Of a DNA stretch of 64,000 nt, positions 31,352 to 40,623 are shown piece after piece. The stretch comes from Vicinamibacteria bacterium (GTDB taxonomy: Bacteria > Acidobacteriota > Vicinamibacteria > Marinacidobacterales > Marinacidobacteraceae). Both the position numbers and the translations under genes were made by a program. Each line of letters opens with the position of its first letter. The stretch's first letter is position 1. The notes under the pieces are model-generated. The model had not been told where the DNA came from. It did no database searches and saw nothing but the letters and a program-made list of their open reading frames with translations. The stretch is from contig CAXXLQ010000004.1 of assembly GCA_963668695.2 (NCBI GenBank), positions 3,776,001-3,840,000 on the forward strand, in the 5' to 3' direction.

Positions 31352-32992
31352 CTACTCGGGAACGAACCCCGGGCCGCGCAGCGCCCGGCCGGGAAGCGCC
31401 CGGGTGTACTCGCCCTCATCGACCACCGGGGCGCCGTTCACCAGGACGTACCGCATCCCGATCGAGTAGTGGAACGGGTCTTCGAAGGTGGCCACCCCGC
31501 GGATCGTCTCCGGATCGAAGATCGCCAGGTCGGCGAAGTTGCCTTCCACCAGCGTCCCCCGCTCCTCGAGTCCCAGGATCTCCGCGGGAAGCCCGCTCAG
31601 CTTCCGAATCGCCTCCTCCCAACTCAGCAGGCCTTCTTCGCGCACGTAGGTACCGAGGAGGCGGGGAACCGTCCCCAGATGCCGGGGATGCACGAGTGGG
31701 GGAAGGTTCTCCGAGTCGAGGTCGATGGTCCCGCCATCGGTTCCACCGGCCACGTACGGTTGGGCCAGCACCTGCCGCAGAGTGTCCTCTTCGTTGTTCC
31801 AGTCGATGACGATGCCGCGGCCCTCCTGCTCCAGAACCACGTCCATGAAGGCTTCCTCAGCGGGTTGGCTCCGCATCTCCGCCACTTCTTCGACCAGCTT
31901 CCCGTTGACCTCCGGATCGTCGACGCCGAGCCGGACGCGGTGCCAGCCGATGTTCGCCAGGTAAGGCGGCTCGGTGACGAAGTCGCCGGCGATGCGCTCG
32001 CGCACCTCGGGATCGCGCAGCCGTTCGAGCATCGCTTCGACGCCGCCCTCCTGCGCCCAGGCAGGGATGTAGTCGCTGAGTCCGGTGATGCCCCAGGTAT
32101 AGGTGTAGCTGTCTCCGGTGATCTTGAGGCCTCGATCCCGGGCTTCGTCGATGATGGCGAGGAAGGTGTCCGCCTCGGTGGAGGAGATCGAATTCAGGTG
32201 GAAGAAGTGGACCGGGGCGCCCGATCGTTCGCCGATGGCGATGGCCTCGCGGATCGCTTCCGGGTCGGTGCCGTTCATGGTGCGGGCGTGGTTTGCGAAG
32301 ATGCCGCCAACCGCGGCTGCCTCAGAGACGATGGCGGCGAGCTCATCGGTCGACATGTAGATGTTGGGCACGTAGCTCAGGCCGGCGGAGACTCCGAACG
32401 CCCCCTCCGACATGGCGTCCCGTACCAGTCCCAGCATCTGCTCGAGTTCCTCGTCGGTGGGCGCGCGGTCCTCGTAGCCCAGGACGTAGGCCCGGACCGT
32501 TCCGGAGGCGACGTAGGACACCACGTTGATCGCGATGCCGGTTTCCTCCAGGTAGTCGAGGAACCCGCCCAAGGTCTCCCACTTCCCCTCCAGTTCCTCA
32601 GGCAGGGTGCTCTCGATCCGGCCGCCCCGCGGACCCATCGAGAAGGTCTCCCCATAGATCTCGGTCGTGAGTCCCTGAAACGCGAACGAAGGACCCTGGC
32701 CGCCGTCGAGCAGGCGCCGGACCTCGGAGTGGCTGTGCATGTCGATGAACCCGGGGGCCACATAAAGGCCGGCGGCATCGATCGTCCGTTCCGCCCTGCC
32801 GTCGATTTCGCCGATCGCAACGATGCGATCCCCGTCGATGGCCACATCGGCGACGACGCCCGGCGCCCCGCTCCCGTCGAAGACGGTGCCCCCCCGGATC
32901 ACCAGGTCGTAGTCGGGCGCGCAACCGGGGAGGCACACCGCCAGCACGAGACCGGGCCAAGGAATAAGTTGCCGCACGCGTCCCCGTGCCAT
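31352..32992 (-). CDS. N-acyl-D-amino-acid deacylase family lipoprotein
   Basis: Lipobox LPGC; YDLVIRGGTVFDGSG, PGFIDMHSHS, HPRHLGTVPR, ADLAIFDP, VLVNG. Confidence 0.9.
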   Translation of the reverse strand: MARGRVRQLIPWPGLVLAVCLPGCAPDYDLVIRGGTVFDGSGAPGVVADVAIDGDRIVAIGEIDGRAERTIDAAGLYVAPGFIDMHSHSEVRRLLDGGQGPSFAFQGLTTEIYGETFSMGPRGGRIESTLPEELEGKWETLGGFLDYLEETGIAINVVSYVASGTVRAYVLGYEDRAPTDEELEQMLGLVRDAMSEGAFGVSAGLSYVPNIYMSTDELAAIVSEAAAVGGIFANHARTMNGTDPEAIREAIAIGERSGAPVHFFHLNSISSTEADTFLAIIDEARDRGLKITGDSYTYTWGITGLSDYIPAWAQEGGVEAMLERLRDPEVRERIAGDFVTEPPYLANIGWHRVRLGVDDPEVNGKLVEEVAEMRSQPAEEAFMDVVLEQEGRGIVIDWNNEEDTLRQVLAQPYVAGGTDGGTIDLDSENLPPLVHPRHLGTVPRLLGTYVREEGLLSWEEAIRKLSGLPAEILGLEERGTLVEGNFADLAIFDPETIRGVATFEDPFHYSIGMRYVLVNGAPVVDEGEYTRALPGRALRGPGFVPE

Positions 32993-33191
32993 TAGCGGCG
33001 CCCGCTTCCGGGAAGCGCCGCGGTCCCGGGATCCGTCAGGACCACGTGGGGAAGGAGGTCGTCCATCGCCAGGTCGGCGCGGCGGACGATCCGGGGGGGC
33101 AATCCGGGGGGGCAAGGTCGGGATGATGTCGGAATCTAACACCTCATCGGTGTTGCCGGCGAAGAGCCGCCCGAGGAACGCGGTGATGCTG

Positions 33192-34427
33192 CTACCTCTC
33201 CAGAGGCGCCGGGTCCGGTGCGCCTCCACCGCTGTCAGCCCAGCGCATCGCGGCAAACGCTGCCGCCCCGAAGACGGCAAAGGCGCCGATCTGGATATAC
33301 ATGGTCCCGTCGAAGCTTTGGCCCACGAGCGCACCGAAAAACACCGCAATGAACGTGGAGAGCGAAGCGACGACTGCCGCTCCCACGCCCGCGAGGTGGC
33401 CGAGGGGCTCCATCGCGAGCGCATTGAGATTCCCGAAAAGCACGCCGCAGCACAGGAAGACGACGAGCAGGTAGGCCATGAAGAGCCAGAACGGAGGCAG
33501 GCCATCGAAGGCGAACAGCACCGTCCACGCCGCAACCGACGCCAGTGTGAAGGTCACCGTCGCCGCCATCGAGAGCCGGTGCATCCCGTGCTTCATCACG
33601 AGGCGGCCGTTCACGAGCGAGGCGCCGCCGATCGCGAGCGCCAGCACTCCGAACCAGACCGGGAAGAGCGCCCCGGTTTGGTAGGCGTCCTGGAAGATCT
33701 GCTGGGCCGAACTCAGGTAGGCGACGAACGGCGCAAACACGCACCCGGTGGCGAGGGTGTAGCCGAGCGCGGCCCGGATTTTCAGGACTTCCAGAATGCC
33801 CCTGCCGATGTCCCGCAAAGAGAAGGGTCGCCGGCGGGCGGCGGGCAGGGTTTCCGGCTGGCGTATCGCAAACCACGCAAAGGTGATCGCGGCGATCGCG
33901 AAGAACGTGGTGAAAATCGCGCGCCAGCCTCCGAGCCACAAGATCCCCTGGCCGAGGGCCGGGGCAACGGTGGGAATGAGGATGAATACGGCCATCACGA
34001 ACGACATGAGACGAGCCATTCGGCGGCCTTCGTACTGATCGCGCACCAAGGCCAGGGTCACGATGCGCGGTCCCGCGGCCCCGATGCCCTGCAGGATCCG
34101 GCCCGCGATCATCGCCTTGAACGTGGGTGCGAAGATGCTCACGAGGCATCCGGCCATGAACAGGACGAGGCCGGCATGGATGGCGGGCCTTCGTCCAATG
34201 CGGTCCGAGAGCGGGCCGAAGAGCATCTGGCCGAGGCCGAGCCCCACGAACAGAGCCGTGATGACGAACTGGGTGTCGTTCGGGCGCGGCACCCCGAGGT
34301 CGCGGCCGATCGCGGGCAGCGCCGGCAGCATCGTGTCGATCGCGAGCGCGACGAGCGACATCAGGAGGGCGATGAGGGGAACGAACTCGCCGAGACGAAG
34401 GGCCGGCCCGTCCGCCGTCCGGCTCAT
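33192..34427 (-). CDS. Bcr/CflA multidrug efflux MFS transporter
   Basis: ALAIDTMLPALP, GPLSDRIGRRP, GRILQG, VRD, APALG, WRAIF, PETL. Confidence 0.92.
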   Translation of the reverse strand: MSRTADGPALRLGEFVPLIALLMSLVALAIDTMLPALPAIGRDLGVPRPNDTQFVITALFVGLGLGQMLFGPLSDRIGRRPAIHAGLVLFMAGCLVSIFAPTFKAMIAGRILQGIGAAGPRIVTLALVRDQYEGRRMARLMSFVMAVFILIPTVAPALGQGILWLGGWRAIFTTFFAIAAITFAWFAIRQPETLPAARRRPFSLRDIGRGILEVLKIRAALGYTLATGCVFAPFVAYLSSAQQIFQDAYQTGALFPVWFGVLALAIGGASLVNGRLVMKHGMHRLSMAATVTFTLASVAAWTVLFAFDGLPPFWLFMAYLLVVFLCCGVLFGNLNALAMEPLGHLAGVGAAVVASLSTFIAVFFGALVGQSFDGTMYIQIGAFAVFGAAAFAAMRWADSGGGAPDPAPLER

Positions 34428-34565
34428 ACGCTCACCTTGCCGTCCGATACGGTCTGGTTTGCCGCCAGCCCGATCGGAACCCGCGAGCACCGGGGCCGGG
34501 ACCGGTCAGGGGGTACAGGCGTCACCGGTCGCCGAACGCACCGCTCGAGGGTCCGAAATCGCCTG

Positions 34566-35903
34566 CTACTGCGGGGGTTTCGGACGCGACCGGTACTTCT
34601 CGTAGAGCTGCAGGTGCCGGTTGTCGAGCGAGACCGGAACTCCGTTCACGAAGACGTGTTCCACCTCGGTGCGGATCTCGAGCGGGTCCCCGTTGACCAC
34701 GATCAGGTTCGCGACTTTCCCCTCCTCCAGGGTTCCGAAGTCGGCCTCCAGTCCGAAGAGCTGCGCGGGAACCAGGGTGATCGCGCGGATCGCGGCGTCC
34801 GCTGGCAGCCCGTAACCGACCGCGTGCCCTGCCTCATACGGCAGGAGCCGTGAGTTCGAGGACCCGAAGCTCGCGAAGGCCACCGTTACGCCCGCCGCGT
34901 GCAGTTCACCCGGGGTCGTGAAGGGCCGGTCGTAGGGATCGTCCTCCTCCCCGGGCAGCCTCTGGGTCGGCCCGAGAATCACCGGGACGGCGTTCTCGGC
35001 GAGAAGCTCCTTCACTTTCCAGGCTTCGTTTCCGCCGAGCAGGATCATCTTCACCCCCTGCTCCTTCGTGAACTCGACGGCGTGGCGGATCTCCCGAGCG
35101 CCCTGCGCCAGGATCAGCAGCGGCATTTCACCCCCGACGACCGGACCGAGGGCAGCGAGCCGGATGTCACGCTCCCGCGCATCGGCTTCGCCAGCGGCCG
35201 CGTAGCGGCGCGCCGCGTCCAGCACTGCCGCCAGTTCCGCCACCGCCCGGTCGTATTCCTCCTCGGCCTCGCGGAAGGGCCGCCGTCCGCCCCCGAACGT
35301 GCCCGGGTTGAACGTCCGCGTCGAGTAGGTCGGCCAGGTCAGGACCATCCCCGCGGACGCGTCGATATCCATCTCTTCCACGGTCCAGCCGTCGAGGTGG
35401 ACGATGGACGCCTGGCCGCTGATGCCGGCCCCACCGCCGCCGAAGCCTCCGAGCCGGCCCGGAGCCACCACCGCATGAGTAATGCCGTTCGCGCGCGCAA
35501 CCGGCAGGTGCTCACTCGAGGGATGGATCGCGGTCGCCGCCTTCAGATGCGGGTTCATCTCGCCCAGTTCGACGGTGTCCACCGTCGCGCTGACGGAGCC
35601 GATCTCGGTGAGGCCGAGCTGGCTCACCGAGTCCATCATGCCCGGATAAACGTCGAGCCCGGAGGCGTCCACCACCGTCGCTCCCGCCGGCGCCGAGATC
35701 TCGTCGCCGATCTCGACGATCCGGCCGTCCCGGATCAGAATGGATCCCGACTCGATGGGCGCCGCTCCCTCGACCAGGGTGTGGATTCGCGCGTTCTTGA
35801 TGAGCCAGGACTCTTCTTCCTGAGCCGTCGCCAGACCGCCCGCGAGTGCGAGCGCCAGCGGAACCGCGGCGAGCCGAAGCCCGCTCTTCCCAAGACCGGT
35901 CAT
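34566..35903 (-). CDS. Amidohydrolase-family protein lacking the HxH metal ligands
   Basis: VDASGLDVYPGMMDSVSQLG, ARANGIT, GTLEEGKVANL; ATG overlaps the upstream stop. Confidence 0.85.
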   Translation of the reverse strand: MTGLGKSGLRLAAVPLALALAGGLATAQEEESWLIKNARIHTLVEGAAPIESGSILIRDGRIVEIGDEISAPAGATVVDASGLDVYPGMMDSVSQLGLTEIGSVSATVDTVELGEMNPHLKAATAIHPSSEHLPVARANGITHAVVAPGRLGGFGGGGAGISGQASIVHLDGWTVEEMDIDASAGMVLTWPTYSTRTFNPGTFGGGRRPFREAEEEYDRAVAELAAVLDAARRYAAAGEADARERDIRLAALGPVVGGEMPLLILAQGAREIRHAVEFTKEQGVKMILLGGNEAWKVKELLAENAVPVILGPTQRLPGEEDDPYDRPFTTPGELHAAGVTVAFASFGSSNSRLLPYEAGHAVGYGLPADAAIRAITLVPAQLFGLEADFGTLEEGKVANLIVVNGDPLEIRTEVEHVFVNGVPVSLDNRHLQLYEKYRSRPKPPQ

Positions 35904-37303
35904 CGCCGGACTCCTTCCCGCGGTCCCCGCGGGCCGGGCCTGCCGGGGCCGGGCCTGCCGGGGCCGGGCCTGCCGGGGCCGCGCTCGGCGTCGTCCCCCT
36001 CGGACAGCTTCTCTTCGAGTTCGGCGCGTTCGGCGGCGGCACTCTCCCGCATCGCCAGATCCTGCTCGCGGCTGAAGAGCATCTCCCCATCCACGAAGGT
36101 CATCTGGTTCACCGCGTAGGTGCTCAGCGGATGGCGGTCGAAGACCGCCAGGTCCGCGTCCTTCCCCACCTCGATCGAACCGATCCGGTCCCCGACCCCG
36201 AGCTGAATCGCCGGGTTGATGGTGATCATGCGGAGCGCCTGTTCCTCGGTCATGCCGCCCCACTTCACGGTCTTGGCGGCCTCCTGATTCAGGTGCCGGG
36301 CTTCCTCCGCGCTGTCGGAGTTGATGGATACCAGAATCCCCCGTTCGGTCATGAGCGCCGCGTTGTAGGGAATGGCGTCGTAGGCCTCGACCTTGTAGCC
36401 CCACCAATCCGAAAACGTTGAAGCCCCTGCCCCGTGCGCCGCGATCTCGTTCGCCACCTTGTAGCCCTCGAGCACGTGCTGGAGCGTCGCGATCCGGAAC
36501 CCGAATTCCTCGGCGAGCCGCAGGAGCTGCAGGATCTCGTCCTGCCGGTAGCAGTGGGCATGCACGAGGCGCTCGCCCTCCAGAATCTCGACGAGCGGCT
36601 CGAGTTTCATGTCCCGCCGGGGCGGCAACACCCGCTCGCCGCGGGCCTTCGCCGCCTCGTAGTCGGCGAACTCCTGGCGGTAGGCCTCGGCGTCGGTGAA
36701 CGCCTGCCGGATCACGTCCTGGACCCCCATTCGGGTTGCCGGATAACGCCGCTCGACTCCCGCCGGCATGCCGCGGGACCGCTTCGGGTTCTCGCCGAGC
36801 GCGAACTTGATTCCCGGCGGAGCCCCCTCGAACACGAGCCCTGCGGCATCCGCTCCCCAGCGGTGCTTGATGACCACGTTCAGGCCGCCGATCGGGTTTG
36901 CGCTCCCGTGGAGGATGTTCGAAGTGGTCACCCCGCCCGCCAGCTCCCGGTAGATGTTGACGTCGTAGGGATCCACCACGTCACCGGTCCCGGTCATGGA
37001 GGAGACCGAGACGCTCCCCTCGTTGATGGACTCGGCGGCGATGTGCGAGTGGGCGTCGATGATGCCGGGCATCACGAACATCCCGTCGGCCTCGATCACC
37101 TCGGCCCCCGCCGGGACCTCGACGCTCGCCCCCACTTCCGCGATCTTCCCGTCCCGGATCAGGATCGCTCCCGGAGACAGGATCCCCTCGGTCACGGTGA
37201 GCACCGTCGCTCCCCGGATCACGGTGGTTGCCTCCTGAACGGGGGCGGCGGCAAGCGGCGCGGCGGCGAGCGCCGCCGTCAGAAAAAGACTCTTCAGTCG
37301 CAC
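35900..37303 (-). CDS. Amidohydrolase-family protein
   Basis: MPGIIDAHSH, KFALGENPK, HAHCYR, QHVLEGYK, NSDS, GSIEVGKDADL. Confidence 0.9.
   Translation of the reverse strand: MRLKSLFLTAALAAAPLAAAPVQEATTVIRGATVLTVTEGILSPGAILIRDGKIAEVGASVEVPAGAEVIEADGMFVMPGIIDAHSHIAAESINEGSVSVSSMTGTGDVVDPYDVNIYRELAGGVTTSNILHGSANPIGGLNVVIKHRWGADAAGLVFEGAPPGIKFALGENPKRSRGMPAGVERRYPATRMGVQDVIRQAFTDAEAYRQEFADYEAAKARGERVLPPRRDMKLEPLVEILEGERLVHAHCYRQDEILQLLRLAEEFGFRIATLQHVLEGYKVANEIAAHGAGASTFSDWWGYKVEAYDAIPYNAALMTERGILVSINSDSAEEARHLNQEAAKTVKWGGMTEEQALRMITINPAIQLGVGDRIGSIEVGKDADLAVFDRHPLSTYAVNQMTFVDGEMLFSREQDLAMRESAAAERAELEEKLSEGDDAERGPGRPGPGRPGPGRPGPRGPREGVRR
35931..35980. repeat. 15-bp in-frame tandem repeat (PGRPG x3)
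   Basis: GGGCCGGGCCTGCCG repeated three times near the C-terminus. Confidence 0.8.
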
Positions 37304-37307
37304 TTCG

Positions 37308-38810
37308 TTACTCCTCGCTCCCGCTCGGGGCGGAGCGGCCCGCGGCCGAACGTTCGGGCTCGTCGTCTTCGGTCTCGGCTTCGTCCTCCGCGTCCGGGCG
37401 GTGAATCACTCCGTCCACAAACACCGTTTCGACCCTCGCCCCGTCCTCGAAAATGTCCCCGTCCGCGACTAGCAGGTTGGCGATCCGCCCTGTCTGGAGC
37501 GTCCCAACCCGGTCCGCCACCCCGAAGATCTCCGCCGGGGCCAGAGTGAGCGCGGTCAGCGCCGCCTCCCGGCCGAGGCCGCGCTCGACGGCCTTCCGGA
37601 CCGCCGCGATATCGCCGCCGGAACTCCCGGCGGATGCACCGCGCTCGCGCGGCCCTCCGCCCGCTTCCGGGCCCTCCCCCAGGTAGAAGGCGAAACGGAC
37701 GCCGGCCGCGGCGAGCGCTGCGGGGCCGGCTGGCGCCTGGTCGCGGAGGCGAAGGGTGCGCAGCGGAATCTCCGCTTCGGGGTCTGCCTGCGGATCGGCC
37801 TTCGGCCAATTCAGATCCACCAGGATGGGCACGCCGTGCTCCTTCAGGAACTGCGCGGATTCCCCTGCCTCGTGGCCCCCGTAGAGGACCGGGCGAATAC
37901 CGAACTCTTCCGCGAGCCCCACCATCCGGCGCACTTCCTTGTCGAGGCTCGCCGGCAGCAGCACCGGCTGGTCACCGGAAGCCGCCGCGGCGAGCGGGGC
38001 GAGGGTCCGGTCGTAACGCGGCCGCACGAGGCCCGCCGGATCCTCTTCGTACATGCGCCAAACCTCGCCGTAGTGCGAAGCGTCGAGGAAGAGCTGCCGC
38101 AGGTAGGCGATCACCCCCATCAGGGAACCGGGGAAGGAGCGGAAACCGCGCGTCCCGAGCCGGACCACCACCGCCACGTCCGGAGCGACCACCAGATCGC
38201 GTGAGTCGACTCCTTCGGGGCCGGCCAGGTTCAGCAAGGCTGCCCGGCCCGAGACGATCCCGTCCGGCGGCGCCGAGACCGCCGAGGTAAACCCGGTGCT
38301 CCGGCGCGCCGCGATCCGTTCGTCGCTCGCCCGCAGGTCGTCGGCGGCGAGTCGCCAGGAGAAGGTGTCGGGCCGGTCCTCGGGCCCCCGCGAAGGAGGC
38401 GGCGGCGATGGCGCGCCCGCGGGTGGCGCGCCCGCGCCTGCGGCGCGCGGCCCCCGGGCCGGACCCGCCGTCGAATCCCCGCCGAGGCCGAGATCGCTGA
38501 GCGCAGTGATGAAACCCGGATAGACGTGCTTCCCGGCCGCATCCATTCCGGCAGCCCCGGCCGGGACCTCGCCGCCCGCCTCGACCGAAACGATCAGCCC
38601 GTCCCGGATTACCACGGTGGCTCCCTCCAGGACGGTCCCGTCGCCGACGTGGACCATGCCCCCGGTGATAGCCCAGGCCCGCGGGCCCCGGTCGGCCACC
38701 TCCCGGGAGGAGAGCTGGGCGGCCGCGGTCGCCGGCCCTGCCGCGAAGAAGAGCACCGCCAGCGGTGCAAGCAGGCGGGAGGCGCGCCGCCGGAGGTTTC
38801 GTCTCGCCAT
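37308..38810 (-). CDS. Amidohydrolase-family protein lacking the HxH metal ligands
   Basis: AAGKHVYPGFITALSDLG, FPGSLMG, GTLQTGRIANL, VFVDG; signal peptide. Confidence 0.8.
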   Translation of the reverse strand: MARRNLRRRASRLLAPLAVLFFAAGPATAAAQLSSREVADRGPRAWAITGGMVHVGDGTVLEGATVVIRDGLIVSVEAGGEVPAGAAGMDAAGKHVYPGFITALSDLGLGGDSTAGPARGPRAAGAGAPPAGAPSPPPPSRGPEDRPDTFSWRLAADDLRASDERIAARRSTGFTSAVSAPPDGIVSGRAALLNLAGPEGVDSRDLVVAPDVAVVVRLGTRGFRSFPGSLMGVIAYLRQLFLDASHYGEVWRMYEEDPAGLVRPRYDRTLAPLAAAASGDQPVLLPASLDKEVRRMVGLAEEFGIRPVLYGGHEAGESAQFLKEHGVPILVDLNWPKADPQADPEAEIPLRTLRLRDQAPAGPAALAAAGVRFAFYLGEGPEAGGGPRERGASAGSSGGDIAAVRKAVERGLGREAALTALTLAPAEIFGVADRVGTLQTGRIANLLVADGDIFEDGARVETVFVDGVIHRPDAEDEAETEDDEPERSAAGRSAPSGSEE

Positions 38811-38843
38811 GGCGGGCGAGTCTGTCCGAGCGGCGGGTAGCGG

Positions 38844-39458
38844 TCAACCGGGGTGGGCCCCTTGCCGCACCGAACTCGGCAGACTGGGGCACGAAGCCGC
38901 CCTTTCTTTTCCAATCAGGGCCACGACTTCAGAAAGCCGCTCCAAGGGAACGCCCATCCGAGCGCGCTGCAACGCGGCCACGATGGCGTCAACCTGACCG
39001 GCTTGACCCAGCGCGGTCCTAACGGCGGGATGAAGCAGCAGATCCACGGTAGAAACGACCGCAGTACCCGGGAAACGCTCTGCGCAGATCCTCCGCGCCT
39101 TCTTCTCGTCCATCATGGCTGCGCGACCGTACGCCGCGGCATACGCGACGGTCGCCGCCTCCCCGTCGCCGAGGGTGTCCTGTGCACGCCCTTCGGCCAG
39201 AGATATCTGGATTGTGGCGCCCTTGCCGATCTCCACTACCCGGCACGCTCCCGTGCAAACGAGCGCCTCAAGACCTGTGATATCTCGGTGTCCCCGGTTT
39301 CGTCCGGCCTGTAGTTCGAACCGCACCGACTCGGTCACAACGGGCGGCGAGGGGAAGAGTCGGAAGATCTCCTCGGCTCGACCCGTCGCGTTCAGGTTGA
39401 TGATCGCACTGGTATCCGCGACGATCCTTCGCCACGACTCAGGCAGGGAGTGCAACAC
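38844..39458 (-). CDS. PIN-domain protein (DUF3368-like)
   Basis: IVADTSAIIN, VVTESVRFEL, LGDGEAAT and MDEKKARR give the acidic PIN tetrad. GTG at 39458 overlaps the end of the upstream gene. Confidence 0.75.
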   Translation of the reverse strand: MLHSLPESWRRIVADTSAIINLNATGRAEEIFRLFPSPPVVTESVRFELQAGRNRGHRDITGLEALVCTGACRVVEIGKGATIQISLAEGRAQDTLGDGEAATVAYAAAYGRAAMMDEKKARRICAERFPGTAVVSTVDLLLHPAVRTALGQAGQVDAIVAALQRARMGVPLERLSEVVALIGKERAASCPSLPSSVRQGAHPG

Positions 39459-40623
39459 GCTCCGCAGCTTCGGCTTTCTCCTCCTCGGCGCCTTCCACAA
39501 GCTCGCGGACGGCTAACCGATCGAGCGCGAGCAGATCGGCGAGCTGGCCCTCGCTGTACAGATCGCGTTTCCACGCCTCTCTGACGAGGAGGCCGACCCG
39601 CGTCGGAACAATGCCCCCGCCGGAATCGGGAGTGCGCCCCTCGTCCGGCGGATGTCCGATCACGTCTTCGAACTGAGCATCTGTGATCCCGCCGTTGTCC
39701 TGAAACCAATCCCACGTCCCCTTCCTGACGACCCGCAGCTCCTCGAGGCGGCGCACCATCGCCTCGCGGGACACCGCGAACGAGTGCGCCAGCAGAATCA
39801 CATGGCGCCGCGTCAGATGGGACTGCCCGGCCGTCAGTTCACCAAACCGTTGGCGGACGGCCCGGCCAGGGGTCAGGAACGACCGCGCGAAAGCGGCCGC
39901 GTACTGTTCTTCGCGCGACCGCGAAATGTCCTGTTCCACCAGAAGTTCCGCTTCCTCCCGTGTCGTGATGAAGTGTCCGAGCTCGTGCGCGCCGGTCTGG
40001 GCAATACGGCCCCTTGGATGGTTTGCATTGAGCAGCACACAGGCGCCGGCGGCTTCGGTGTAAGCGAACAACCCGGAAATCGTGCTCACCAGCGGTCGCA
40101 AATAGACTCGCATTCCGACCTGCAACTCCAGGAACGTCACCATATCCAGAACCGGACCCGCCCCTAGCCCGAACCATGACCGCAGATCTTGGGCGTCCTC
40201 TTCCGCCTGCGCCGCGACATCGCCCGGAAGAATCTGCTTCTCCCGCGGATAGCGCTGCCTGCGCTGAATTCCGAGAACATTCTCCAGTTCCACTTCCGCA
40301 CTGACGAGCCGGCTTAGCAACTGCGCGGCGTCCTCCCTGGCCTCTTCGGAACTCTTCGGGAGCTTGCGGAATCGGGGCGCGAGGTCCAGGTGGACTGCCT
40401 CCCGCCGCAGGATCGCGTTTACGGAGACTCCGCACAGGTGTGCAAGCCTCTGGATCTCATCGCTCCGAATGCGACGTTTCCCCTGTTCGATAGCTACCAG
40501 CGTGGTTCGCGCGACCCGAATCCTCTCGGCGGCGTCGCTCTGGCGCAAACCACGCGCTTCCCGGATCGTTCGGAGTCGCCTGCCGATTTCCTGGTCCGAC
40601 AGTATCGGCGAGCCAATAGACAT
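39439..40623 (-). CDS. XRE-HTH plus ImmA/IrrE (M78) Zn metallopeptidase
   Basis: IGRRLRTIREARGLRQSDAA...IEQGKRR HTH; ISG...NANHP...AHELGH, E-x-x-A-x-x-FA-x-x-FL-x-P, FAVS-x-x-A-x-x-RRL. ATG at 40623 in a TGATG overlap. Confidence 0.92.
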   Translation of the reverse strand: MSIGSPILSDQEIGRRLRTIREARGLRQSDAAERIRVARTTLVAIEQGKRRIRSDEIQRLAHLCGVSVNAILRREAVHLDLAPRFRKLPKSSEEAREDAAQLLSRLVSAEVELENVLGIQRRQRYPREKQILPGDVAAQAEEDAQDLRSWFGLGAGPVLDMVTFLELQVGMRVYLRPLVSTISGLFAYTEAAGACVLLNANHPRGRIAQTGAHELGHFITTREEAELLVEQDISRSREEQYAAAFARSFLTPGRAVRQRFGELTAGQSHLTRRHVILLAHSFAVSREAMVRRLEELRVVRKGTWDWFQDNGGITDAQFEDVIGHPPDEGRTPDSGGGIVPTRVGLLVREAWKRDLYSEGQLADLLALDRLAVRELVEGAEEEKAEAAERVALPA

